A DNA stretch of 63,893 nucleotides, filler included, from Squatina squatina (Eukaryota): NCBI GenBank assembly GCA_031763465.1. It is 4 parts of 4 records of this genome, joined end to end, with 100 filler letters (N's around TTAATTAATTAA, not from the genome) between each part and the next. Parts side by side here need not be neighbours in the genome. Positions count along the whole stretch, not along the records: positions 1 to 17,974 come from JARFOE010000189.1; positions 18,075 to 37,355 come from JARFOE010000235.1; 2 more parts are not named here. One strand, written 5' to 3'. Below are positions 13,534 through 25,175 of this stretch, one piece after another. Numbering within the stretch: the stretch's first letter is position 1; every line of letters starts with the position of its first letter. The notes under the pieces were generated by a model. It was not told where the DNA came from and did not search any database. It saw nothing but the letters and a program-made list of their open reading frames with translations. The position numbers were made by a program, and so were the translations under genes.

Positions 13534-13700
13534 TCACAGTTCATCGCTCTCCATCACGTTTTGTTTGGCTGGGAACTGCGAGCTGTCCACTGATGGGAAG
13601 GCAGATTGAAAGTCAAGTCCTTGGCCAGTTAGAGCTGCATATCGACTGCTTGAAGGTCGCACTTTCTTTATTGGCTGTGTGATCTGTTGGTGCCACTGTG
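13534..13700 (-). CDS. MYPN: Myopalladin, last coding exon (absent from the ORF track)
   Basis: ttatag acceptor then (A)QWHQQITQPIKKVRPSSSRYAALTGQGLDFQSAFPSVDSSQFPAKQNVMESDEL*, matching the MYPN C-terminus AQWH...RPS.SRY..L...GLD...ESDEL. Confidence 0.9.
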
Positions 13701-14789
13701 CTATAATAATAAAGAGTCAATCTGAGGCTCTGCATTGTGATGGAGAATTTTGTGATGAGATGACTTTCTAAATGGGGTTAATTTAACATGACCACAGATG
13801 AAACAAATGTTTCAGCTCGCAATCAACAGTGTTTAATGCAGGAATAAATATATTTTATGTGCGCAGTAATTATTACCACTCTGCTAGATGCATTATACAG
13901 TGTAATTAAAATAGGACTTCAATTATCTTATTCTCCAGGTAGCTTCTAATGAACTGCCACATGAGTAGAATGGTGCAGTGTTAGTCACATCCCAGCTCCA
14001 GAAAGTGTGATTTGATGTAATAATATTTACTTGATAAAATCACTGCAATTCACCAGTTAATCTTCTGAACCTTCCCTTTTATCATACAGATTTTAAGTTA
14101 CTGCTATTGTGCGAACCAAAGGCGTAAAGGGGTAACTTTACAAATGCACATTCCCAATGGGGTGGCCCGCCTGCTGGCCGTGTATATTGGAAAATCATGG
14201 GCATCGTACCTACAATTTCCCCATACATGTGGCTGGTAGGTGAAGCTCCTCACTGGCAGTGGGCATTCATAAAATGGGCCCAATAAGTCAGAGGTTGTTC
14301 TATTGCCAGTAGGGGTACTAGGGTACGGGAGGAAAACACACGGCTGCTGAAAGGGTTTGGAAAGAGGTTTGTGAGAGATTGTCTTCGAGACACTGAAGGG
14401 AAAATTTTTGATTGTCTCAAGTTTCCCAGGAACCAATTAAGATGTTTTGTCCGACAGGCAGTTATACATATAGTGAACAACAATCAGATGCAACACTTCT
14501 TTACGTCTACCAGCAGATCTGCATTGACATTAATCACAATGAGTTGGACACGCTGTCTTCTAGTGATAGTAGTATTATGGCATGCAATGCACAATGTATT
14601 CCTCTGTTGCTAAAGGGGGAGCTTTGTTTAATGCAGTCTCTCTCTCTTCAGATGCAAAACCTAATGGCTGAAGACAAGGACTTCCTGAGNNNNNNNNNNN
14701 NNNNNNNNNNNNNNNNNNNNNNNNNNNNNNNNNNNNNNNNNNNNNNNNNNNNNNNNNNNNNNNNNNNNNNNNNNNNNNNNNNNNNNNNN

Positions 14790-15480
14790 GAGCTCTTTAG
14801 TGAAACGAAGACATCTCAAGCATTGGGCTAGTTGAAGTTGAGGTAAGAGAATTGGTCCCTGTAGACCCTTGGCAGATGTGGCCTCCTGCTGAAAGCCCTT
14901 CTCTCCCACCTCCCTCTTCCAGCAGCTTGTCCTGCTCTGCGTAGCCTTTGTACATTCTACCAGTCATGCTCAATTCCCAGAGGATGGCCTACCAGGCAAT
15001 CCATGTCTGGAGGCAACTTGTTTCACCACAAGCTTTTAAATCAACAAAACAGTGCTTCAGCACCAGCCGGACCACTCACTCCCTGAGGACTATTGAAACT
15101 TCAGGTAAGTATAGGAAAGCTCCAGAAATGCATATAATTGCACCAGCAGCCAGAAGAAATAATTCAGCAAATAACCTGTAAGTAGTTCATGACCCCTTTA
15201 GGTAGCGGTGGTGGGGGGTCCGTTATGCTGTTTGACGTGTCTTCAGGTTAAGACAGCACATAGGCTGGAGCGTGGCAGCACTGGCATCAAATCAGCATTG
15301 CATATGTCACAACCTGCCTGCTCTACATGCTGCCGGTGGTCGGTAGTTTCGTGTCTGCAAACCCCTTTAGCAAGAGGGCGTCCACCGCACGTGTGCACGC
15401 GCATCTCGGACGCCATTTTCGACCGTTAGGAGGCTGTGCAATGTCTAAAATCTGCCACTACAGAGCCCAATTTCTTCCCC
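14790..15480. mobile_element. Harbinger-derived element fragment
   Basis: Colinear similarity to 41800-42345 (cttgtcctgctctg...agtcatgctcaat..ccagagga; atga.cccttta...ggtggggggt; ctggcatcaaatcagc.ttgca); ends cccaatttcttcccc. Confidence 0.6.
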
Positions 15481-15604
15481 TATCACCAGTAAGTGACTGC
15501 TGAGCAGAAACCTCATTGGCAAGCTGGTTTAAATGATAATAATGGATAACTTATAAACTTTCCTTTTTGTCTCAGCTGTACCATTATGAAGAGGGATGCC
15601 TAAC

Positions 15605-15812
15605 CTACAACAGACAGCTCCAAACAGAATGAATTTTGTCCTGCTTTATTTGTTGCAATGCAGGTGTAAGTCCCCGCGTCTTTTGCTGTAAGATGATCAA
15701 TCAAGAGGGAGTGAATTCCATTCTCACGCACCAGCATCTTGTGGGTAACATCTGGAAGGACAGGTTTACCATTCAGTAGCCATATAAGGTCAGGGTTTGG
15801 CAGCCCACTCAC
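15605..15812 (-). CDS. MYPN: Myopalladin exon (Ig domain 4)
   Basis: VSGLPNPDLIWLLNGKPVLPDVTHKMLVRENGIHSLLIDHLT...GQNSFCLELSVV; WLLNG and LELSVV fit MYPN over PALLD; ttcag acceptor, gttag donor. Confidence 0.9.
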
Positions 15813-16590
15813 CTGAAGGAAAAGGGAACATGTTTAATACAGTGAAAATCTCCTCAATATAGAAGTGCTGTGTGTGCGCAAAGTACAGTGAAACCCAGCT
15901 CTAACTTTCCACCACCTCTCTTGACCCCTCCACTGCCTCTGTGTTGTCAGACTGTCTGACATCCAGTCCTTCATGNNNNNNNNNNNNNNNNNNNNNNNNN
16001 NNNNNNNNNNNNNNNNNNNNNNNNNNNNNNNNNNNNNNNNNNNNNNNNNNNNNNNNNNNNNNNNNNNNNNNNNNNCTGGGAACAGTTCTGAAGGCCAAAT
16101 TGGCCGGTCAGTTAAGCTGACATAGAAGCCCATGAAACAAATTGATTGTAGTGTGTAATAGAATGTAGCTTCCAGGACCTTTGTGAATTGTAACCAAATT
16201 AAGCATCTTTCTGAAAGGGTAGTTTGGAAAGCATTTACTGTCTATTGATCACGTAAATGACAGTAGCAAAAGATGGAAGCATCCTGCTACCCTAAACGCA
16301 CTCCACCAACAATCACATCAAGATCAGCTGATCACACAATAGATTACGTGGTTTGGAAATCAGATATGCAGCCTCAGAGGTACAACAATACAATGGGTAC
16401 ATGATGGTGAGGGAGCAGAAATATCGGAACCCCCCACCTCCCCGTACTTTGCTATTTGAACATGCACAATGCAGCATTTCTTTTCCCAAAAACATATTTA
16501 TCTTAGAATTCAAAACTAGCTTTCACTGATATAGATCACAATGCAAACAGCTGAGAAAGCATACATTCAGTTGAAGATTTTGTTGCTCAC

Positions 16591-16740
16591 CTGGGGGTTT
16601 GCTGCCATAACTGTGTAGTTTCCATCATCATCATTAGTGGCTGATTCAATGTACAACGAACACACACCATCACCTTCTCGCTTCATCTTAAAATGTTCAT
16701 TCTTCTTGGAAATCTGTTTACCATCTTTAAACCAGTATAC
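16591..16740 (-). CDS. MYPN: Myopalladin exon (Ig domain 3, second half)
   Basis: VYWFKDGKQISKKNEHFKMKREGDGVCSLYIESATNDDDGNYTVMAANPQ; 150 nt, gtgagc donor, ctgag acceptor. Confidence 0.9.
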
Positions 16741-16930
16741 CTCAGGTTGTAAAGTATGAGAACGAGTTATTGTAACTGGATGTGATTGGCTTTTTTGCAG
16801 AAAGTATGTATTCACGTAAAATAAATGATGAAATATTTAGACAATAATAACTAACGACAGCAGGCATTGTGGAGGTGGATCCCACATTAGTGACGATAAG
16901 AGTGAATATCACACATGGTAAACGGCTTAC

Positions 16931-17152
16931 CTTTGGCACTGGTATGCCCACAAGTTTGCAGGTGATAGTTACTGGTGATCCTTCAAACACTCGGAAATGT
17001 TTGAGTTTCTTGTCAAAGATCGGTGCGATGCACTTCCCTGTAGGAATATCCTCATGTTGTATTTCGTCATCAGATTCGTCCACAGGAGTTCTCTCCAAGC
17101 GGAATTCAATTTCATTCATAAGTCTTTGTTCAAAGCTGGACACCTTGTATTC
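16931..17152 (-). CDS. MYPN: Myopalladin exon (Ig domain 3, first half)
   Basis: EYKVSSFEQRLMNEIEFRLERTPVDESDDEIQHEDIPTGKCIAPIFDKKLKHFRVFEGSPVTITCKLVGIPVPK; ttccag acceptor, gtaagc donor, 222 nt. Confidence 0.93.
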
Positions 17153-17974
17153 CTGGAAGCAGAGATTTCCCGTACACATTGACACCCTGAAACACTTATT
17201 ATATGGATACAATTGAGGTATAAGGCAGAATGTTGAGATTATAAACAATAATATTTTAAACTTCCAGTACTGGTTGGATTAATTTAGTTGGGCCACAATG
17301 TCGAGGGTCTGCCACCTCCCTCTTCACCCATTGAAGAAAAGTACCATTTATAGGGGACCACAACATTTTATTCTCCAAATATTTCATTGAAATTAATAAT
17401 TTTTTAATATTCTGAAAATGAAACATCTTCCAGGTCCTATTTGCCATAGTTTGAGATAATGCAAGTCACATTCAGAGTCGAGTGCAGTAACTAGAATACT
17501 GTGTTTAGTATTGAGATGCTATAGGCTGAAATGTAAGACCAGCCTCAAGGTGGGGTGCAGAGAAAAGGGGATACAGAAAAATGTTGAGGACCTCCGGGTA
17601 GCTCCAGTAATGATGCAGTGCTGCAAGGCCAGGCTTGACGCAGTATCTGAGACAGCCTGAGTTCTGCTGTTCTGCTGCACACAGAGCAGAACCTGTGAAG
17701 TTGAGTTCTTGTGCATAAGTCATGTTGGCCTTAGATATCGTGTTAAACTAATTTAAAAGAGCACATAGCACCATAATCCACTCTTTGTGCTGGCTTTGTT
17801 CTTGTTTTCTTCAATACCTATTTGGAATGCAAGCAAGAGCAGCCCCATAAGTACAGGAGTCCTTAAAATGACCAAATCTTGTTTTTCAAAAAATATTTTT
17901 CAATGTTTTTAGTGCAATATTGCAGTTGATTTATACTCCCAGGTGAGGACATGGCCTCATGTGTCGCAGTCCCG

Positions 17975-18074
17975 NNNNNNNNNNNNNNNNNNNNNNNNNN
18001 NNNNNNNNNNNNNNNNNNTTAATTAATTAANNNNNNNNNNNNNNNNNNNNNNNNNNNNNNNNNNNNNNNNNNNN
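17975..18074. other. Artificial scaffold-join spacer N44-TTAATTAATTAA-N44
   Basis: Palindromic all-frame stop linker at 18019-18030 inside Ns; identical spacers at 37400-37411 and 50865-50876. Confidence 0.95.
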
Positions 18075-19267
18075 ACCCTTTGATAGTCGGGGTGGGGGGG
18101 GGGGGGCAGTGTTGAGCAGCGGGAGCAGGCTGGTATAGGACCCCCCAGTGTGCCAGCACAGCCTTCAGCCACCTGAGGAAAAGACTGTTTCAAGATAAAG
18201 ACCTCAAACCTGGCACTAAGCTTGTGGTCTACAGGGAGAAGCCTTGGCGAGTTGCTGCAGTGCATTGTAAATTATGACAAGCTTATGTCCTACGTCACTT
18301 TTAGTCTAACTCCTGACCTTCATGTGCCTGAACAGGCTTCCATTCAGGTCTGTTTTATAGCTGTTGACTACTTTTGGAGCTGTTTGTCAGTATTTGTTAG
18401 CTTTCTGGGGCTGCGTATATATATTGGCACAGAGTTGAGGAATTCATTAAGTTTGGTGTGGAAAATGCAGCTGTCACACTGCTGCAATGGAGGGAATTCT
18501 TTCCAGCCTGGGATTATGGTACAATATTGAAGCTTAGTAGAGGAGTCTTTTTCTGTATCTGGCCACACTATACCTAACCTGAGAGTGCTCAATACTGACA
18601 CAGGATGCCCAACATGGAACAGTGTTTCACTCACCATTACTGATAGGTTGGTGAAGAAAGATTTCACCAAAATATGCAAAAAGTAACTAAAAGCCTTACT
18701 ATAAAATCTTAAATAAATATCACAAGGTGGAGTGTCAGCACATGAAGAGCAAAATATCAGGGCCTCTATTTTGAAAATCATCTCATCAATCACTTACACT
18801 CTGTCCTTAATTGATAGGGATAAGAATTGTAATTTGCTTTTTTTATCAACAATGAGGGTGAGCAGGGAAAGTTTAATGACTTCGGCTAAAACGCTTTTAG
18901 GTCTTTGCTGACATTTCTGCCTAAAACTAAATACTTCCACTTTACTTATTTAACAATATAATAGGAACAAAATGCATTAGAATTCTCCAGTGGCCAGTAT
19001 TCACCAAGAGAAACATGTAGAATTTTATAGCTATTAAATTGGAAAAATGGAGGCAGATATTGCAGTTTTATGAAAGACATTTAATATTCAAACATAACAC
19101 AGTGCCTGTCTGTTTTACTTCTGATACCCCATTGTGCATATTCGAAGCCTGGCACTATTATCTTCTGNNNNNNNNNNNNNNNNNNNNNNNNNNNNNNNNN
19201 NNNNNNNNNNNNNNNNNNNNNNNNNNNNNNNNNNNNNNNNNNNNNNNNNNNNNNNNNNNNNNNNNNN

Positions 19268-19432
19268 CCCGCCACAAGATTCAGCTGGTCAGGCGCAAAG
19301 GCCTTTGCACCCCAGTTGAATTCCCCGGGAGGCAAGATGGCCACCACCCGGTGCCATTTTTTCCTGTTATGCCCCATTAGTGCCCCTCGGAGGTGCTAAT
19401 GTGGTGCAAAAGGAGGTGAATTTCAGCCCCTG
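19268..19432. mobile_element. Terminal fragment of a Harbinger-like non-autonomous element
   Basis: ttcagctggtcaggcgcaaaggcc...gcccctcggaggtgctaat nearly matches 42974-43020; ends gaatttcagcccc. Confidence 0.55.
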
Positions 19433-19759
19433 AGTAATTGAATGTGCAATCTCAATACTTATCTTCACACGGCATTTGCATGTGTACTTTAACTTTTTTG
19501 AGGCATTTATTGGTTAAACTAGTAAGATGAAAAGCAAAGTATGCTTAATCACTGTAAGCGCTTTACTTCCGTGGTTACTAAATAGTGCTAGACATTTGTT
19601 AAGTAAATGTACACATGTGAAGTGCATGCACCTGTGTTGTGTGAGTACATGGAAAACCTTTTCTACTAAGCTTAGGGCATGTGACTAAAACAATGTCACT
19701 GTAGCCATACCTGTGCCTAGTCAGTAATTTCTACCTAAACGCTGGCTTAGACAATTAAT

Positions 19760-20265
19760 GCATGATCTGGAATGGACTACTCCTGGTGCTATGTCAAGGG
19801 TTGCTGATGATATCACAACAAGCCTATGTAGATAAGTGTAGGACTTGGACAAATTAAATGAACTAAGTAGCAGCAGATGGAACTTAGTGTGGATGTGTGT
19901 ACCATGATGCACAATGGTAGAGGAAACACAAAACATGTGTACGAAATGGATGGGAGCTCAGTGGCAAAGATGAAGTAGGAAAACAGTTGGGTGTGATTAT
20001 CAACCACGCACTGAAAGTATTTGGTGAATGTGAAGCTGCCATCAGCAAGGCTAATCAAATACTGGGACACATCTCCAGGGCATTTGATTATAAGTCAAAA
20101 CAGGTTACTTTAACCTTGGAAAAGCCATTGATGTGGCCACATTTACCTTCAACCTTCATGCATTGAAGAGGGATCAGAGTCGAGCAACAAGGATGNNNNN
20201 NNNNNATGGTGCCAGGACATTTGCATTCTAAGCTGTGAGGTGAAGCTCGCAGCAATTAACCTATT
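19760..20265 (+). mobile_element. Degenerate CR1 LINE fragment
   Basis: Decayed F-ADD-TK region, ggacttggacaaatta, aaggctaatcaaatactggga, cgagcaacaaggatg. Confidence 0.65.
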
Positions 20266-21054
20266 TTAATTTTCAATTAATTCTTTTACAAATTACGCAA
20301 TGCCGACATCCCATGAATGAATTGAAAAATTTAAGGCGTGCAATTAAAGTGTATTGTTACTTTGTCCACAAACAAGCTTCTTCAAGCTTCATCCACTGCT
20401 TGTGTACTGAGATCAAAGTGAATCCCTGAGCAAATAGTACTTTCTATTTAGATTTATTCAGAATAAGCGGTCTCTTCACAGTTAGACTTCATCATGAAAA
20501 CCATATGGGCTTTGTCATTTGAACCAAATTCTAATTAAAAACAGCACAATTCTGAGAAGAAATTTGGGGCAGAGGTCCTAAAATTACTTTGATTTTTACA
20601 GCTGCTGTATGCTCTCGAAACAATTTATAATGTGCAGGCATAATTAGCGGCCTTTTCTGCTTCTACGTGACATAGCTACATTTGCACTAAATTGTGCACA
20701 GACACAGTCAGAATACCGACAAACCGTGAGGACTGCGTTGTTAGACAACAGCTAACCTAAGATCACCGAATACAGTGGCTGCATCATATGTGGAAAGTCA
20801 GTAAGTCAGTGCCACAAACACAGGTCGCTATACCAACAAAGGAGTGTTATATTCAAGTATTCAAAGGTGAGTTAGGTTTACCCCACTCGCTTTAAGTATA
20901 AATTAGTAGAATTAATTTCGGTTATTCCACTAGTCTTTGTATAAAAGACTCCACTTACAGGTACAGAGCAATTATCAACAGCCAAAAATATCTATTCAGG
21001 AATCCTGCAACTAAACACATCGAATGTGCTATAAAGTGACAAGTTGGCAGATTG

Positions 21055-21252
21055 GAATTTGCATTTATATAGCGCCTTTCATGACCTCAGGACATCCCAA
21101 AGCACTTTACAGCCAATGAAGTACTTTTGAAGTGTGGTCACTGGTGAAATGTAGGAAACACAGCAGCCAATTTGCACACAACAAGCTCCCACAAATAGCA
21201 ATGTGATAATGACCAGATAATCTGTTTTTCTTTAGTGATGTTGATTGAGGAC
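21055..21252 (-). mobile_element. Deu-SINE (SacSINE1-like) 3' part with L2-type tail
   Basis: ttgcatttatatagcgcctttca...catcccaaagcactttaca is the reverse complement of the L2 tail at 51655-51705. Confidence 0.75.
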
Positions 21253-22479
21253 AAGTAACATCAAACACCAACTGTTGCTCACATCAAAAAGAGTAATCAT
21301 GTGCGACCCTGCATGATAACCAGGGTTAACCCAAAACCAGATGAATGACATTTCTTCCTTGTTTCTTTACCTTCATAAGACCGTAGGATAATGACTCAGT
21401 ATTGCCAAGAACTTGCTTTGACCTTAACAATCAATACACTGGCCTAGGAATTGGATGATGCCAAGCCTGTTTTTCCGATGCTAAACGGCACCTAAGCCTC
21501 CATTATAGCGGGTAGGAAGCTCATTATGATCCGGAACTGCGCCGTCCACCATATTGACATAGGCAAAAAAATAGTTGTTCAGGGTCCAAGCCTNNNNNNN
21601 NNNNNNNNNNNNNNNNNNNNNNNNNNNNNNNNNNNNNNNNNNNNNNNNNNNNNNNNNNNNNNNNNNNNNNNNNNNNNNNNNNNNNNNNNNNNNAACTACA
21701 ACTTCTGTTCAAACTATTTAAGCAATTGCAGGAGTAAATTATCCAATGTGCTTTTCTGTATAAAGTGTCAGCGTTGCGCTGAAGTTGCTGATGGATGGCT
21801 ATGAATACCTGCTCCTGACCTTGTGTATAAATGTCCTAAGCGTTTGATCACTGCAATAAAGGCACATTTGCATTCAGCATACAGAGACTCCAAATCTGAT
21901 ACATGACGGATGAACGGTCAAGGACTATAAAACGTTGGGCCTGGGGGGAGGGTGGCACGACTTCTATTGTCACCTAATAATGGCAGTGTCCACACATTGG
22001 GATCAGCCATAGTCTTTCTGGCTCTTGTGAGCACCACTGACAGACGATATGCTTCATACAGTGGTCATGCTATACCTTCTACCTCAAAAGCTTTGAGACA
22101 TTAAAGTATGTGGGCGACCATCAAAGGGCCCAGTCATAGTCCTGTTTGGCTTTTTGGGTTTATAATTGTTACGTTCCCTGTTGCTGTGCGTCGTGATTTT
22201 TTTCTTTTAGTTTTGTTTTCACGCTGGGTGCTGCGAATCGCTCAAACCTACCACCGCCTCACCTCATGTCCCTTTAATGATGGCGAGCAAATGCTTGCGT
22301 ATTATAATGAAACCTGTTGTGCGGATCACTGTGAAAGCGGATATGGGGACCACAGTGGGATGCTTTTGTGAGCTTCACAGTGCAGTTTCTCACAGGAACC
22401 ACAATGAAAGGCCTAGTGGAGTTCCCGATTAAATCTGACATATGAGTTTACAGTGAGAGTTCTTGCTGTCTAGTGACAC

Positions 22480-23021
22480 ATAGAAACATAGGAACAGCAG
22501 TAGGCCATTTTGCCCCTCAAGTCTGTTCTGCAATTCAATAAGATCATGGCTGATGTGCATCTTAATTCCATCCACCTACCTTGGCTCCATATCCCTCAAT
22601 ACCCTTAACTAGCAAAAATATCTCTGATTTGAAATTATTAATTTTTGTGCAAGTCCATACTTCTATCACCCTTTGCAAGAAATGTTTCCTAACTTCTCTC
22701 CTGAATGGCCCGACCCTGATTTTAAAAAGGTATGTCCCCTTGTCCTAGACTCCCCCACCAGAAAAAGTTTCTCCTTAAGTACGCTTTCAAGTCCTTCCAA
22801 AGTCCTAAAAACCTCAAATCAAATCACCCCTTAACCATGTATATTCCAGGGAATAAGCCTAGTTAATGTAAGCTCTCCTCATAATTTAGCTCTTGGAGCC
22901 CTGGTAACATTCTGGTGAATCTGCACTCCACTCTTTCCAAGGCTAATACATCCTTTCTAAGGTACGGCACCCAGAATTGTGCACAGTACTCCAGATGTAG
23001 TCTAACCAGTGCTTTGTACAG
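22480..23021 (-). mobile_element. CR1 LINE 3' fragment
   Basis: LYKALVRLHLEYCAQFWVPYLRKDVLALERVECRFTRMLPGLQELNYEE plus catagaaacatag tail. Confidence 0.9.
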
Positions 23022-23699
23022 NNNNNNNNNNNNNNNNNNNNNNNNNNNNNNNNNNNNNNNNNNNNNNNNNNNNNNNNNNNNNNNNNNNNNNNNNNNNNNN
23101 NNNNNNNNNNNNNNNNNNNNNTTTTTTAAGCAGGAAGCAGGCAGTGGGGACATGGTATTTTAATGAACCTGAACGATGTACAGTAAAACTGGGTTCAATC
23201 ATAAAATATATCAGTATTAAGCATTGGAGAGAGGGCCATGAACTGAATGCCACATCATTCAAATCCACATCTTATACTGAGCAGCTTTCAATTGTAATAA
23301 ATCATTAGACTTGAGTGACTTACACTTGAGAATTTTGTACCTTGGCTTCTTATCTTGGTGCTTTTTGTTACTTTATGTAAACTTTAAATATTAAAAAATG
23401 GATTTATATTCCGGTGGTTTGAACTTAATAATTGAAAATACATTTTAATGGTATTGCTCATATATTATATCTAATAAGTCTGCTTTGTCTAAAATACATT
23501 CAGAAAATGGTTGGTGAGTAACTTGCTAGACCAGACACATTTCTTATGCCTCTATTCTTTGACCCGTAAGGAGACACTGGATTGTCCCAGTGTCATCAAC
23601 CCAAATCGAACAAAAATGTCTCCTTTTTAGAGGGGCACAACTAATAAAACCCAAATCATACAAAAGAAAGGAAGCTTACATTAAATCCTAATATTATTT

Positions 23700-24002
23700 C
23701 CAGTGTCGATTATGCTCTCCAGCCTCTGCAGTGCCCACTGGTCACAGATGGCAAATTCCTTTTGCCTTGCACCTTCACCCCTTTTGTCTTTTAATCTCCC
23801 CTGCCTTCCACCCTATTACAGACCTTCCCTTTGGTTCTCTCCTCCCCTCCCCCCTTTCCCTGACTCTCTACTTGCTTAAAACCTGGTACATCTAACTTTT
23901 TCCAGTTCTGACAAAAGGTCAGCGATCTGAAACATTAACTCTGTTTCTCTCTCCACAGATGCTGCCGGACCTGCTGAGTATTTCCAGCATTTTCTATTTT
24001 TA
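23700..24002 (+). mobile_element. Penelope-like element terminal fragment with degenerate hammerhead ribozyme
   Basis: Pyrimidine-rich tract, then agttCTGAcaAaaggtc..gatctGAAAcattaact and ccacagatgctgcc.gacctgctgagtatttccagcatttt. Confidence 0.65.
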
Positions 24003-24128
24003 TATCACATTTTACTGCTCACCTGCTGCTGGAGGTTTGAAAAGGACTTTTGAAACACATTAGGAGACTTTCTGGGACACTTTGTCAAGGCCTCACCAAC
24101 ACTCGAGCAACATTTATTCTGGAAACTC

Positions 24129-24568
24129 TCAGATGACTTCTCTTAAAGAGTGAGTGCTGTGTTTCTCTATCTTATTGGACACCTTATAGGTGTCACCAGG
24201 AGGAAGAGAGTGCTTGGATATTGGCATCTTGTGAGGGGCCCCTCTTGGCCTGCAGGAGGAAGGGGAGGAGGAGGACATGAGGCCAGGCAGAGCAGCACCA
24301 GCTGTTGCAGGAGAGGGAGTGTAGGGACAGGAGGGCGAGGTGGACTCCTTCACCTCTGGACCTTCTCCACCAGGACCTCCAGTGCCGCGTCCGAAAACTT
24401 GTGTGCTCTCTCACTCGGTCCCTGAGCCATCCTGCAACTGGCCGCTGTGTGTCAGCCAGCCCACTCCACACCTTCAATGGAGCCCACCTATACTGCTCCA
24501 TGAAAATTCCTTCTAACCACAGCTTGAGTGCCAAACCTGCAGATGTCTGTTTTAACACCTCCAGGCCC
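24129..24568 (-). mobile_element. Harbinger Myb/SANT-like ORF remnant
   Basis: From ATG at 24430: MAQGPSERAHKFSDAALEVLVEKVQR*, homologous to RARKFSEPALDTLVESVSRR at about 61230. Confidence 0.7.
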
Positions 24569-25014
24569 NNNNNNNNNNNNNNNNNNNNNNNNNNNNNNNN
24601 NNNNNNNNNNNNNNNNNNNNNNNNNNNNNNNNNNNNNNNNNNNNNNNNNNNNNNNNNNNNNNNNNNNNNNNNNNNNNNNNNNNNNNNNNNNNNNNNNNNN
24701 NNNNNNNNNNNNNNNNNNNNNNNNNNNNNNNNNNNNNNNNNNNNNNNNNNNNNNNNNNNNNNNNNNNNNNNNNNNNNNNNNNNNNNNNNNNNNNNNNNNN
24801 NNNNNNNNNNNNNNNNNNNNNNNNNNNNNNNNNNNNNNNNNNNNNNNNNNNNNNNNNNNNNNNNNNNNNNNNNNNNNNNNNNNNNNNNNNNNNNNNNNNN
24901 NNNNNNNNNNNNNNNNNNNNNNNNNNNNNNNNNNNNNNNNNNNNNNNNNNNNNNNNNNNNNNNNNNNNNNNNNNNNNNNNNNNNNNNNNNNNNNNNNNNN
25001 NNNNNNNNNNNNNN

Positions 25015-25175
25015 AGATGGTTTAACTCCTCATCAAAAAGACAGCACAGCACTCCCTCAGCACTGCACTGGTGTTACAGGCTAGATTTTTGTTCTCCGGT
25101 CTCTGGAGTGGGAATTGAACCCACAACCTTCTGACACAGAGAGGTGAGGATGCTAACACTGAGCTACAGCTGATG
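25015..25175 (-). mobile_element. Deu-SINE 5' part with tRNA-derived head
   Basis: Minus strand reads tcagctgtagctcagtgttagc (A box)...ggttgtgggttcaattccc (B box)...gtgcagtgctgagggagtgctg. Confidence 0.7.

Noticed and set aside
18019-18030. Perfect palindrome TTAATTAATTAA recurring three times, as a biological repeat or recombination site
   Set aside because: Always embedded symmetrically in 44+44 Ns; it is an assembly linker
24305-25084. Long ORFs made mostly of X (also 48794-49388)
   Set aside because: Artefacts of translating through N runs
25100-25175. tRNA gene
   Set aside because: A and B boxes are present but continue into a Deu-SINE body; no complete cloverleaf seen
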